A stretch of 64,000 bases of DNA from Promethearchaeota archaeon (GTDB lineage: Archaea > Asgardarchaeota > Lokiarchaeia > Sigyniarchaeales > SOKP01). The notes beneath the pieces are model-generated. The model did not search any database, had not been told where the DNA came from, and saw only the letters and a program-made list of their open reading frames with translations. A program made the translations under genes and the position numbers. Shown here in pieces: positions 29,938 to 41,000 of the stretch. Each line of letters starts with the position of its first letter. Position 1 is the first letter of the stretch. Where the stretch lies: positions 1-64,000 of the forward strand of contig JBHLLT010000009.1 in NCBI GenBank assembly GCA_048938855.1, written 5' to 3'.

Positions 29938-30600
29938 CTAAAACTGTTTCTTACTAAATAAGATTAAGTTTAATATCATTATTCCCGTTGTAAGCGTTAT
30001 TCCAAGAGTCAAGGCTAAAAATTGAGGATTTAAGCCCTCTATAAAGATCGTAGGTAAAATGATAAGAGTTGATAATTGACTGCCTAAATATACTGATAAA
30101 ATTGCTGCTACTGGCACAGATGATACTAGCACACCAAAGAAAATTCCAATTGAGCATGTAATCGCCATTGAAGAAAGTCCGATAATTAAGGAATTAATAG
30201 TTCCCTCCCACTCAATTCCAGTTAGATTGCCGGTAATTCCATCAATTATAAGACCTATTGAGAGAGAGATTAATATAGCAATGATTAAACACGAGTATAC
30301 AGCAATAAATTTAGCTAAGATTAAACTACTACGTCTAACTGGTCTTATTAGAAATAATTCATATACATGGCGATTTTTTTCACTAACAATTGAAGTACTT
30401 AACATTATTGCAGAAAGTGTTCCCCCTATACTTGTAACAACTATTGATACTAAAAGTGAAATTGGCATCCCTTCCATCTGAGTTGGATCAATAAATTGTA
30501 ATAATAATGACAAAATAGGCATACCGAACCATAATACAATCATGACCTTAGATTTTGCATAACCCTTCCATTCGTCCAAAAAAAGCAGTATTAAACTCAT
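29938..30600 (-). CDS. ABC-2 type permease
   Basis: Six TM; SIVSEK....ELFLIRPVRRSSLILAK. Confidence 0.85.
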   Translation of the reverse strand: MSLILLFLDEWKGYAKSKVMIVLWFGMPILSLLLQFIDPTQMEGMPISLLVSIVVTSIGGTLSAIMLSTSIVSEKNRHVYELFLIRPVRRSSLILAKFIAVYSCLIIAILISLSIGLIIDGITGNLTGIEWEGTINSLIIGLSSMAITCSIGIFFGVLVSSVPVAAILSVYLGSQLSTLIILPTIFIEGLNPQFLALTLGITLTTGIMILNLILFSKKQF

Positions 30601-31547
30601 TCAACTTTACCTCCTACATATTTTATATAAACTTCCTCGAGGCTAGGTTTTAGAAGACTAAAGCTTCTAATATGGCATTTTTGCTCCATCAATTTATTTA
30701 AAATATTATTTATTATTACATCAATATCAACTTCAGAGTCCATGTGAATTAATTGCCTATTAGTATTGGTACTTTCAACCAAGTTAATGCCAGATAATTC
30801 TTCCAATTCCTCACAAAGAGGAGTATTTTTTGCTACAATAATTTCTAATACGTTTCCTACACGAAAACTTGTTTGGAGTTCTTCTGGAGTTCCTATTTTC
30901 ATTATTTGACCCTTGTTTAAAATTCCAATTGTATTCGCGATATCTTGAACATCACTTAGAATATGGGACGAAAATAGAATAGTGATTCCACTTTTTGCTA
31001 ATGTTTTTATAATTTCTTTAAATTGATATCGCATCTGGGGGTCTAAACCAGTTAACGGTTCATCCATTATTAAAATTTCAGGTTCATGAAGTAGAGCTTG
31101 TCCTAATCTTAATTTCTGTACCATACCACCTGATAAATGGACTATTTTTTTATAACGAAAATCTTGAAGTCCAATTAATTTTAAAATTTCTTGAGTCCGA
31201 TCCTCAAGATAATCAGAATTAAGCCCTGATAGGCGTCCAAACGTTTTGAATGCATGATTAACAGTCCGCCATTCCTGAAACCCTGCTTCTTGGGGATGGT
31301 AACCAATAAGTTTATGTAGATTTTTGTGGCCTTTTTGAATATCTTGTTCATAAATATATGCTTTTCCACTAAATTCTGTTATAAGACCTACTAAAATCTT
31401 AATCGTAGTCGTTTTTCCCGCACCATTTGGGCCAATATAGCCAAAAACTTCTCCCTTATCTATTGTAAAAGAAATATTGTCTAATGCGAGTAAGTCTTTA
31501 AACTTTTTTGATACATTCTTGAATTCAATGCAAATTTCTTTTTTCAT
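30597..31547 (-). CDS. ABC transporter ATP-binding protein (start likely ATG 31547)
   Basis: GPNGAGKTT, LSGGMVQK, ILIMDEP, SSH; 4-nt overlap with the permease. Confidence 0.95.
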   Translation of the reverse strand: MKKEICIEFKNVSKKFKDLLALDNISFTIDKGEVFGYIGPNGAGKTTTIKILVGLITEFSGKAYIYEQDIQKGHKNLHKLIGYHPQEAGFQEWRTVNHAFKTFGRLSGLNSDYLEDRTQEILKLIGLQDFRYKKIVHLSGGMVQKLRLGQALLHEPEILIMDEPLTGLDPQMRYQFKEIIKTLAKSGITILFSSHILSDVQDIANTIGILNKGQIMKIGTPEELQTSFRVGNVLEIIVAKNTPLCEELEELSGINLVESTNTNRQLIHMDSEVDIDVIINNILNKLMEQKCHIRSFSLLKPSLEEVYIKYVGGKVE

Positions 31548-31699
31548 TATTAGAGTAGATTCTATTTTTATTATTAAGTTAAATAAATAATGATCTATTT
31601 TCAACAAAATGGATATATAAACATACTGTAATTTTATTGAAAATGCTAGAATTAAATTCTTTATTCAAGATTAAGAAATTATATAGTATTTTTATAAAC

Positions 31700-32854
31700 T
31701 TATTCTTTTCTTAATCTAGGAGGAGGTACATATACTGTTCTTGATCCTTCTAATAACTTTATAGCATTTTCTGGACAAAAATAAGCACATACACCACATC
31801 CAATGCATAGATCCTTGTCAACTTCTGCTTTATTATTATCATCTCCTTGAACAGCATCTACTGGACATTTCTCAAGACATGTTCCGCACCCAATACATTT
31901 GTTTTTATCAATTTCTGCTAAGAAATTAGTCGAGTTAATCATAGCAACTGTTCCTGTTCTCCACCAGTCAAAAGTCCCACAACAATATTTACAGCAATTA
32001 CAAATACTAGTTTCAGGTTGCGAAATGTCAGAGTGCGGGTGCCAAGCTTTATGAACTAACCCATCCTTTTTTGAAGCCTCTAATATTGAAAGTGCTTCAT
32101 TTTTTGAGATTAACCTTCCAAATCCTTGCTCTGCTACAAATCTAGCAGATTTTCCGAAAGTAAAGCAATTTTCTCTAAGATTAGTTTGTTTGCAAGGATT
32201 TGATAGTAGATCTTGATGATGTCTACAAAAACAGTGTCCCACAGCAATATCATCAAACTTATTAATAATTTCTTCTACTTTTTGTGAGATCATTATTTTT
32301 TCTATTGGAACGTCTAATTCTTCATTAACAGCGATCTTAATTTCTTCACCACCAATATTATTATCTGAGAAGGAAACAGTTCTATCCATTGGAGGCATAT
32401 TCTCAAACAAAGGCAAAATTGTATTGTAATTCATCTGGACGAAATCTCCCATTTCATTAAATAACTTTTCAAATAGTCGCGCCATTTCCTCATTTTCTTT
32501 ATTAAACTCAATTTTTTTCATAAAAGAGTACTCGAACGCCCCAACCATAACTAAAGGCATCAATCTGTAGACCATTTTGCCTTTAGAGTTGGGTTGATTA
32601 AATATAAATCCCTTTTTAGCTAAAATCTCAACATGAGTCTTTATCTCATTTTCAGACATTTTACTACACTTTTTAAGTTGTTCCATGGTCTGAGATGGTT
32701 TATTTTTAAAAGCTAAGATAAAATCTAATTGATCTTCCTTTATCAGCATTTTTAGTAATTGGATCATTGTGTTATTTATAGGAAGTGGAAGAAAGCCAGC
32801 TTTAATCAATGTTCTTGCAACCTTTTGATATTTTAAATCTGACATTTTTATCAA
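31700..32854 (-). CDS. 4Fe-4S dicluster ferredoxin-domain protein with N-terminal wHTH-like region
   Basis: HCFCR, CNCCKYCC, two CxxCxxCxxxCP motifs. Confidence 0.85.
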   Translation of the reverse strand: MIKMSDLKYQKVARTLIKAGFLPLPINNTMIQLLKMLIKEDQLDFILAFKNKPSQTMEQLKKCSKMSENEIKTHVEILAKKGFIFNQPNSKGKMVYRLMPLVMVGAFEYSFMKKIEFNKENEEMARLFEKLFNEMGDFVQMNYNTILPLFENMPPMDRTVSFSDNNIGGEEIKIAVNEELDVPIEKIMISQKVEEIINKFDDIAVGHCFCRHHQDLLSNPCKQTNLRENCFTFGKSARFVAEQGFGRLISKNEALSILEASKKDGLVHKAWHPHSDISQPETSICNCCKYCCGTFDWWRTGTVAMINSTNFLAEIDKNKCIGCGTCLEKCPVDAVQGDDNNKAEVDKDLCIGCGVCAYFCPENAIKLLEGSRTVYVPPPRLRKE

Positions 32855-32869
32855 AAACTAATCATTATT

Positions 32870-33670
32870 TTATAATCTTACTAATCTTTTTCCCTTAAAA
32901 AACAAAACTACAAGTATTACAATTGTGTAAAATATTATTAGATAGATCAGATCTCCATTATGGGGTACTATGATCATAAAAGTCATGAAATTGTAGACTG
33001 TATGAAAAATAACGGCAATCAAGATACTTCTGTTTGTATTATTATATACCCATGTGTATAATATTGATAAAAATATGACTTCTAATAAAAAAAGAAAGAA
33101 ATCAGGAATTCCTCCTAAACCATGGGGATCACCAGCAATGAACCAGACTGGTAAATGCCACAAACCCCAAATTGCACCTATAATTAAGCTCGAGACAAGG
33201 GCACTCGTTTTTGCTTGAAAACAATCAAGAGCGTATCCCCGCCAACCAAATTCTTCACTAAATCCTCCTGCAAAAAATGCTGTTAATAAATAACTGATAA
33301 TCACCCAAGGTTGAGATACCCAAGGTAAAATTGGAGGAGTTCCTTGAAGTAAGATAATGAGTAGGGATGAAACGACAAATAGAGTTGGGAAAAAGAAAAT
33401 AGTAATTAATAACCATCTGATGTCTATGTTCACATTCCAAAATCTTTTCCATAAAGCTTTTATCCCCCCCTTTCTTTCATTAATGTAAGATATTGAGAAA
33501 GCCCCCACAAATGGACCGTAGCCCCCTATAATAAATAATACAGAAAATAAGGGATTAGAATATCCTGATTGAGATATTACAGATGGTAACCATAATAACC
33601 AAGTCCAAGCAAACGTGATTAGCAAAAATAGCAATACATTACGGATTTCAAATTGTTTAATTTCATTCAT
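32870..33670 (-). CDS. CPBP-family intramembrane glutamic endopeptidase
   Basis: EEFGWRGY, WGLWHLP, AVIFH. Confidence 0.9.
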   Translation of the reverse strand: MNEIKQFEIRNVLLFLLITFAWTWLLWLPSVISQSGYSNPLFSVLFIIGGYGPFVGAFSISYINERKGGIKALWKRFWNVNIDIRWLLITIFFFPTLFVVSSLLIILLQGTPPILPWVSQPWVIISYLLTAFFAGGFSEEFGWRGYALDCFQAKTSALVSSLIIGAIWGLWHLPVWFIAGDPHGLGGIPDFFLFLLEVIFLSILYTWVYNNTNRSILIAVIFHTVYNFMTFMIIVPHNGDLIYLIIFYTIVILVVLFFKGKRLVRL

Positions 33671-33880
33671 TTTTAATATATTTTATTTTTCTTATTGCTT
33701 TACAATGCTGATTTTTTAATATTTTGTATCAATACCAGTTAAGTATTAAATTATGGTTTAGAAATATTAATTCATATTTTAATTTGAATATAGGAAAATT
33801 ACATACAATTTTGTTAAAGTAAACTTTTTATAGATAATAGTTTCCATTATGAAGTAATACAAATATAGGTATATATAGAC

Positions 33881-34030
33881 ATGGAAGAATTTAGGAAAAA
33901 ACCAGATTATTCTAATGAAGAAGAAATTAATAAAGCTATAGGGCACATTCTCTGGGGTGATAAAGCTAAACCTTATTCAATGCGACGCTTGATTTTTGGA
34001 TTTATTAAAAAAAAATTAGGAGGAAAGTAA
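33881..34030 (+). CDS. Small ORF (49 aa, MEEFRKKPDYSNEEEINKAIGHILWGDKAKPYSMRRLIFGFIKKKLGGK), not in ORF track
   Basis: ATG preceded by ATAGGTA; its stop lies 4 nt before the corrinoid ATG and its 3' end contains the AGGAGG RBS of that gene. Confidence 0.55.
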   Translation: MEEFRKKPDYSNEEEINKAIGHILWGDKAKPYSMRRLIFGFIKKKLGGK

Positions 34031-34034
34031 GATT

Positions 34035-34679
34035 ATGGGAAATAAGGAGGAATTAATGGAAGCTATAATAGATTTGGATGAGGATAAAGCTTATAGTTTA
34101 GTCAAAAAATTAATTGAAGATGGTGATTCTCCAAGTGATATTATTGAAATTCTTAGGAGGGGAGTAGAAGTAATTGGAGACAAATTTAATAAAAAAGAGT
34201 ATTTTTTAGCTGAATTAGTGATGGCAGGAGAAATTTTTTCTCAATCTACCGAGATTCTTGAGCCATATATGAAAGAAAATACTGAACCTAAAGCTAATTT
34301 AGAAACAATAATTATTGGTACGGTAAAGGGAGATGTTCATGACATTGGAAAAAATATTTTTGTTACTCTTCTAAAATCAGCGGGTTATAATGTAATTGAT
34401 CTAGGAGTGGATATACCTCCTAATAAATTCGTCGAAAAAGTGCGAGAAACTGGAGCCAAAGTAGTTGCTTATTCAGGGCTTTTAACTGTTGCTTTAGAGT
34501 CCATGAATGCAACAACTAGCGCATTAGAAGCTGCTGGTCTTAGGCAGAATTTGAAAATAATAATTGGAGGGCTACCTGTTGATGAACTCTGGATGAAAAA
34601 AGCAGGAGCAGATGCTTTTACTGATAATGCATTTGAAGGTGTGAAGATTGTTAATAATTGGTTAAGAGGTGGAGCATAA
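34035..34679 (+). CDS. Corrinoid (cobalamin-binding) methyl-carrier protein
   Basis: B12-cap domain (GVEVIGDKF...YFLAEL), GTVKGDVHDIGKN, SGLLT, IIIGG. Confidence 0.93.
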   Translation: MGNKEELMEAIIDLDEDKAYSLVKKLIEDGDSPSDIIEILRRGVEVIGDKFNKKEYFLAELVMAGEIFSQSTEILEPYMKENTEPKANLETIIIGTVKGDVHDIGKNIFVTLLKSAGYNVIDLGVDIPPNKFVEKVRETGAKVVAYSGLLTVALESMNATTSALEAAGLRQNLKIIIGGLPVDELWMKKAGADAFTDNAFEGVKIVNNWLRGGA

Positions 34680-34680
34680 C

Positions 34681-35835
34681 ATGGATCAAATAAAAAAGGA
34701 GGCAATGACAAGTGTCGAAAGAATGCTTACTGCTATGGATTTGAAAGAGCCAGATAGGGTTCCAGTTTGGCCATTAATTGACTTTATGCAAACCAAATAT
34801 CTTGATAATATAACAGCCGAAGACATGCTTAATAATCCTGATAAAGCTCAAGAAGCGATGGAATGGATTTACCATAAAATGGGTGGTTTTGATATTGCTA
34901 TGGCAGGAGGGGGAATGTACATGCAATATGTAAATCCTTTTCCTGACATGTTTTCTGTGTATTATCTAGATTGGCAAATGCCTGGTCGACAATTAGATCC
35001 GAATGTACCCCCTCAATTAGCTGAAAGAGCATTATCTAATCCATTTCTTAAGGCTGAAGATTATGATAGGATTCTTAAAGAGGGATTTTTTTGGCTTGCT
35101 AACTTTAATACTTATAAAATGAGTGATATGATGAAACTTCCGAAAATAGCTCCCAAAGTGGTTGAGTATACAATTAAATGGTGGGAGCATTTTCAGGTAC
35201 CAACATTTAATGATGGTGCAGGTAGCACTGTATTTGATTTATTATCTACATTTCGAGGATCAACAAATTTTATGAAAGATATTTATCGGCATAAAGATAA
35301 GATAATTGAAATTTGCGATAAATATACAGATGATTTTATACGTATGGGTGAATATGGGATTACTCAAAGTCACGGAAAAACTTTATTAGTTGGAGCAGTA
35401 CGAGCGAGTGCTGATTTTATATCAATAAAACATTTTGAGGAGTTATTTTGGCCCTACTTTAAAAAAACTGTTAGTACATACGTAAAAAAGGGATATATTA
35501 TTCAAATGCATATGGATACTGATTGGACAGATCGTTTACATTATTTACTTGAGTTACCTAAAGGAAAGCTTTATCTTCATATGGATGAAAGAACAGATAT
35601 ATTTAAAGCTAAAGAAGTGCTTGGAGGACATATTTGTATTGAGGGAAATCTTAAACCATCATTGTTTACCATTGGAACACCAAATATGGTTGAAAAACAA
35701 GTAAAGAAAATTATTGATGAATGTGCTGACGGTGGCGGTCTTATCGTCGGCTCTGAAATTCCAGATAATGCAAAATTGGAAAATCTAAAAGCCATGTGTG
35801 ATACATGTAAATCCTATGGAATGTATAGAAAATAA
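34681..35835 (+). CDS. Uroporphyrinogen-decarboxylase-family protein, putative methylcobamide methyltransferase (MtaA/CmuA-like)
   Basis: EPDRVPV, RG...FMKD, FEELFWP, HMD, AKEVLG...CIEGN, GGLIVG..IP.NAK.EN; GGAG RBS before ATG 34681. Confidence 0.8.
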   Translation: MDQIKKEAMTSVERMLTAMDLKEPDRVPVWPLIDFMQTKYLDNITAEDMLNNPDKAQEAMEWIYHKMGGFDIAMAGGGMYMQYVNPFPDMFSVYYLDWQMPGRQLDPNVPPQLAERALSNPFLKAEDYDRILKEGFFWLANFNTYKMSDMMKLPKIAPKVVEYTIKWWEHFQVPTFNDGAGSTVFDLLSTFRGSTNFMKDIYRHKDKIIEICDKYTDDFIRMGEYGITQSHGKTLLVGAVRASADFISIKHFEELFWPYFKKTVSTYVKKGYIIQMHMDTDWTDRLHYLLELPKGKLYLHMDERTDIFKAKEVLGGHICIEGNLKPSLFTIGTPNMVEKQVKKIIDECADGGGLIVGSEIPDNAKLENLKAMCDTCKSYGMYRK

Positions 35836-35954
35836 CTCTTTTTTTTTTTTAATTTAATTATCTATTAATAAGTATGTTAAAATTGAGTTCCATACAATTT
35901 TAAAAGTAAATAACATTTAATTCTATTCTATATTGTAATTATTGAGGGATTTTC

Positions 35955-37274
35955 GTGGTAAATGTTTTAATAATTGGACATGGTGCAAGAGAACACGTTA
36001 TTGGTGAAACTCTTGTTAAAGGAGGAGCAAAATTATTCGCATTTATGAGTTTTAAAAACGCTGGATTAGAAGATTTGAGTCGTGAAATAAAAATTCACTC
36101 AGAAACAGATTTCATGGAAATAATTAATTTTGCTCAAAACAAAAAAATTGATTTTATCGTAATTGGTCCTGAAGCTCCATTAGTTGTTGGAATTGTTGAT
36201 GCTTTAGAAAAGGGAGGAATCCCATGTGTTGGACCCAAAATTGAAGCTGCACAATTAGAAGGTTCAAAGGTATTTGCTAGGTATTTATTAGATAAATATA
36301 AAATTAAATCAAACGTTAGAAGTAGAGTTTTTGATACTATTAATGGACTTGAGAGTTACGTTAAAGATGTGGGTGAAGAAAATATTGTGATAAAACCAGA
36401 AGGACTTACTGGGGGAAAAGGGGTTAAAGTTTTTGGAGATCACTTATTTTCAAAATCAGATATTTTAAATTATTGTCAAGAGTTAATAAAAAATAAAAGT
36501 CGATTTCTTGTCGAAGAAAAATGTGTAGGAGAAGAATTTACCTTACAAACTTTTGTTGATGGAAAAACTGTAATCGGTTCTCCCTTAGTTCAAGATCATA
36601 AAAGAGCATATGAAGATGATAAAGGCCCAAATACGGGAGGAATGGGATCTTACTCAATGGAAGATCATCTTATGCCATTTATTACTCAAGAAGATGTTGA
36701 TAATGCACTTGAAGATATGAAAAAAACAATAACTGCTGTGAAGGCAGAAACTGGAGTAGAATATAAAGGTTTTCTCTATGGACAATTCATGAAAACGGCC
36801 AATGGCCTAAAATTAATTGAATATAACTCTCGATTTGGGGATCCTGAGGCAATGAATGTATTACCTCTCCTTGAAGGAAATCTAGTAGATATTTGTTGGA
36901 GGATAATAAATGGTAATTTATCTCAAAATTTCAATTTTGAAACGAAAGCTACTGTCTGTAAGTATTTAGCTCCAGAAGGATATCCTGTTACTCCTAAAAA
37001 AGATGAAGAGGTCAGAATAAATAGAGAAGAAATAGATAAATCTGGAGCGAAATACTATTATGCGTCTGTGTATCGTGAAGGTGAAAAAATATTCACTACC
37101 ACATCAAGAGCAATGGGAGTATTAGGGATTGCTGATTCTTTAGAAGATGCTGAAAAAATAGCTGAATCAGGAGTTAATTGTATTGAGGGTAAGTTATTTC
37201 ATAGAAAGGATGTAGGCACTTTAAAGTTATTACAGAAAAGGATTGATAATATGAACTCAATTCTTAATAAATAA
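35955..37274 (+). CDS. purD: Phosphoribosylamine--glycine ligase
   Basis: GHGAREH, IGPEAPLVVG, AAQLEGSK, GGKGV, QDHKRAYEDDKGPNTGGMGSY, EYNSRFGDPE. Confidence 0.97.
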   Translation: MVNVLIIGHGAREHVIGETLVKGGAKLFAFMSFKNAGLEDLSREIKIHSETDFMEIINFAQNKKIDFIVIGPEAPLVVGIVDALEKGGIPCVGPKIEAAQLEGSKVFARYLLDKYKIKSNVRSRVFDTINGLESYVKDVGEENIVIKPEGLTGGKGVKVFGDHLFSKSDILNYCQELIKNKSRFLVEEKCVGEEFTLQTFVDGKTVIGSPLVQDHKRAYEDDKGPNTGGMGSYSMEDHLMPFITQEDVDNALEDMKKTITAVKAETGVEYKGFLYGQFMKTANGLKLIEYNSRFGDPEAMNVLPLLEGNLVDICWRIINGNLSQNFNFETKATVCKYLAPEGYPVTPKKDEEVRINREEIDKSGAKYYYASVYREGEKIFTTTSRAMGVLGIADSLEDAEKIAESGVNCIEGKLFHRKDVGTLKLLQKRIDNMNSILNK

Positions 37275-37383
37275 GTGAATAGTATTATAGGATGTTTTCT
37301 TATAAAAATTATCCTTATTAAAGAGTTTTATATTCTATAATCATCAAATTCTAATAATTTCTATACAACCGTTTATTTGAATT

Positions 37384-37860
37384 ATGAATTGGCACGAAAA
37401 AAATGCTGAATTTAATACTTTAATTAAAGAATTATTCCATGAAAAAAATTGGCAAAAAAGAGCTGAAGCTGCTAGGCTCCTTGGGTTAAAAAAAGATGGT
37501 AGAGCTACTAATTTATTGTGTAGAGCTCTTCGAGTTGAAAAAGATCATATAGTAGTTAATAAGATCATTGAAGCGTTGGGAAGAATAGGTGATGGAAGAG
37601 CTACTTTAAGGATTATAGAAAAATTAGCAGAAGAACAAGAAAAAAACGAAATTGATAAATTCAGAATAATTTATATAATAGAGAGTTTAACTAAAATAAG
37701 AGATAGAAGAGCATTATCATATTTAGGGCCTTTATTAGACTCTTCAGATGATGATATTAGAGAATTAACATTAATGGCTTTTGATGTAATAGAACCAAAA
37801 TGGAAAGAAATAATAAAAAGAGAAAGAAATAAATCCATACAAGAAATATTTAAGAATTAA
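37384..37860 (+). CDS. HEAT/PBS-lyase repeat protein
   Basis: WQKRAEAARLLG..KDGRA, IIEALGRIGDGRA, LDSSDDDIRE. Confidence 0.85.
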   Translation: MNWHEKNAEFNTLIKELFHEKNWQKRAEAARLLGLKKDGRATNLLCRALRVEKDHIVVNKIIEALGRIGDGRATLRIIEKLAEEQEKNEIDKFRIIYIIESLTKIRDRRALSYLGPLLDSSDDDIRELTLMAFDVIEPKWKEIIKRERNKSIQEIFKN

Positions 37861-38071
37861 AAGTCCTCATTTTTGTTTACTACTAACAACTAAACTCTTA
37901 ATAAAATATTATTTAAGATTTTAAGATTAAATGTTTTATAGAATAGTAATAGATATTATCTCGGGTAAACTCCAAATAGATAAATATTATATTCTTAATC
38001 GTACAATTTTTATATAAGAAAAGAGTAGTTCTCTTTATTAATATATCATCATCTCAATCCAAAAAAATTAA

Positions 38072-41000
38072 ATGGTGGCGTTTTCAAAAATGACACAAAT
38101 ATATGAAAACTACAATAGACTTGGTCGAGTATTTTCTGAAAATATTGATGATCCAATTTTGATCCTTAATGAGAAGTTTCAATGTGAATATTCTAATTCT
38201 CAATTTTTTCCTGTTGATTGTAAACTTGACGAATTCATACATCAGGAGGATCTAAAACGAATAAATAGATTATTGAAAAATATTTTGAAATTAGGATCTG
38301 GAACAGAAGAAGCTCAAATTAAATATAAGGGAAGCCAATCTAAATGGTTTCAACTTAAGGGAAAAAGCTTTGTTGATGATTTAGCCAATGAAAAAAAAAT
38401 ATTTCTTATTTGTAGGGACATTACAAAATTTAAAAAACTTGAATTTGAGATTAAAGAAAGTCAAGCACGTTTTGGTGAACTAGCAGACTATGTACCAGAA
38501 ATACAATTTTGGAAGCTTCTTCAGACTCGAGAAGGAAAAAGTGTTGTGCAAAAGACTCAAGAAATGTTAGAGTTAGTACTAGATAATATTCCTCAGCTCA
38601 TATATTGGAAAGATACGAATTTGACCTATATGGGATGCAACAAGAATTTTGCGATTTTAAACAACATACAAGAGCCTACTAGCATAATAGGTAGAAAAGA
38701 TGAAGATCTTATCTGGCTTAAAAATAATGTAAGTTTGATTCGGGAAAAAGAAAAAGAAGTTATGAAAAATGATGTTGTTGAATATAATGTAATTGAATCT
38801 CTAACTACAATCAATGGTAAAGATACGTGGTTTGAGATTAACAGAATTCCCTTGCATGATTCAAAAGGTAAAGTAGTAGGTATATTAGTTACTTATGAAG
38901 ATATTACAATTCGTAAGATTGCGGAACAAAAATTAAAAGAATCTGAAGAAAAATATCGTGGGATTCTTGAAAATATAAAAGAAGGTTATTTTGAAGTTGA
39001 TTTATTTGGAAATTTCACCTTTTTTAATGATGCCATATGTGAATTGCAGGGATGTTCGAGAGAAGAATTGTTAAAGACTAATTATGCAAATTTTGTCGAT
39101 GAAGATAATAAAAAGAAAATTACTGAAGTTTATAATAATGTTTTCGAAACAGGTATTCCAAAGAGTAATTTCCAATATGAATTTATTAGAAAAAATGGTG
39201 AAAAAATAACATGTGAATCTTCGGTATATCTGAGGTGTGATCCAGATGGACACCGAATAGGATTCAATGGTTTAGCAAGAAATATTACTGAAAAATATTC
39301 TCTTGAACAAAAAATAAAAGATTCTGAAGAAAAATATCGTACAATTTTCAATTCGAGTCCAGATTATATTTTTATAACTGACATTAAAGGAGATATATTA
39401 GATATGAATCCCGCATTACTAGAACGAATAGGAATAACTCTAGAAGAAGCACGAAATAAGAATTTTTTAGACATTTATGCTGGTGAGAATATTGACAATT
39501 TAAAAACTGTAGGTAACTTAATTATTTCTGGAAACGAGATAAAAGGTGTTGAAATTAAAGGAAAAACAACCAATGGAGAAATTTTTGAATATGAAGTGAA
39601 TGCAGTTCCATTAATGGAAGATGGGCATGTAACCCGAGTTTTAAATTTAGCAAGAGATATAACCCGACGAAAACTGACGGAACAAAAACTGAAAGAGTCG
39701 GAGAAAAGATATCGTCATTTATTTGAGAATTCTCCGTATGCTATATGGCTTATGGATGAAGAAGGTACCATAGTTGATTGTAATTCAACCATGACAAATC
39801 TTCTTTCAGTTTTAGAAATAAAAGATTTGATTGGAAAGAAATTTTCTGAAGTATTATCAGTTTTAAAAAGATCAGATTATCTCGTAAATATATTAAAAGA
39901 CCGATTTAAAAGATTTCTTAAAGGAGAGAAACTAGGACCTTTAGAATTTCAAATTACTCGGATGGATGAAACTAAAGTATGGTTATCAATAACAAGCTCA
40001 TTAGTAAAAATCGGAGATAGAACTCTGACCCAGGCAATCATTAGAGATATAACTGAAAAGAAGAATGCTGAACAGAAATTAAAAGATTCAGAAGTCAAAT
40101 ATCGCCATTTATTCGAAAGTACACCATATTCAATTATTTTAATTGACAGAAAAGGAAAGATAATTGATTGCAATCCCGCTACTAAAAAATTCTTCAATAG
40201 AGAAATTGACACTTTAATAAATAAAAATTTCTTAGACGTTGGAATAAAACCTGGAAAGGTATTGCCTTTATTTAAAGATAGATATCAATCTATCTTAAAA
40301 GGAGTAATTCCAGGACCATTAGAAGTTCAAATTACCAGATCCAAAGATGGAAGTTTAATGTGGATCAGCATTGATGATTCTCTTGTAGAGGTTGGAGGAG
40401 AGGTTATTTTTCAGGTAATAATACAGGATATAACTGAGAAAAAAAATGCTGAGCAAGAATTAAAGAAATCTCAAGAAGAATTAAAGACATTAAATAGAGA
40501 ATTAGAACAAAATATATTGGAAAGAACTAAAGATTTAATTGAATCTGAGCAACAATACCGTACAACAATTAATTCATTAAATGATCCACTTCACGTTGTA
40601 GATAAAGACCTAAGAATTATATTATTAAACTCTGCATTTGATAATTGGCTCGGAGAATTAGGGCTTGAAAAGGATATTGTAGGAAGAACTGTTTTTGAAG
40701 CTTTTCCATTTTTACCCAGCGAAGTTCGTAAAGAATATCAAGAGGTTTTTAATAGTGGAAAAATGGTTATTACAGAAGGAAGCCTTTTTTTAAATAATAG
40801 AGAAGTTTTCACTGAAACGAGGAAATTTCCTATCTTTAGTGAAAATCAAGTTAACCAAGTAATCACTATAATTAGAGATATAACTGAAAGTAAAAAAATG
40901 GAAAATCAATTAATTGAATCTGAAAAAAATTTTCGAAATATGATAACTAATTTAGATGAAGGGTATTATAAAGTTATGTGGAGGGGAAATATATTGTATC

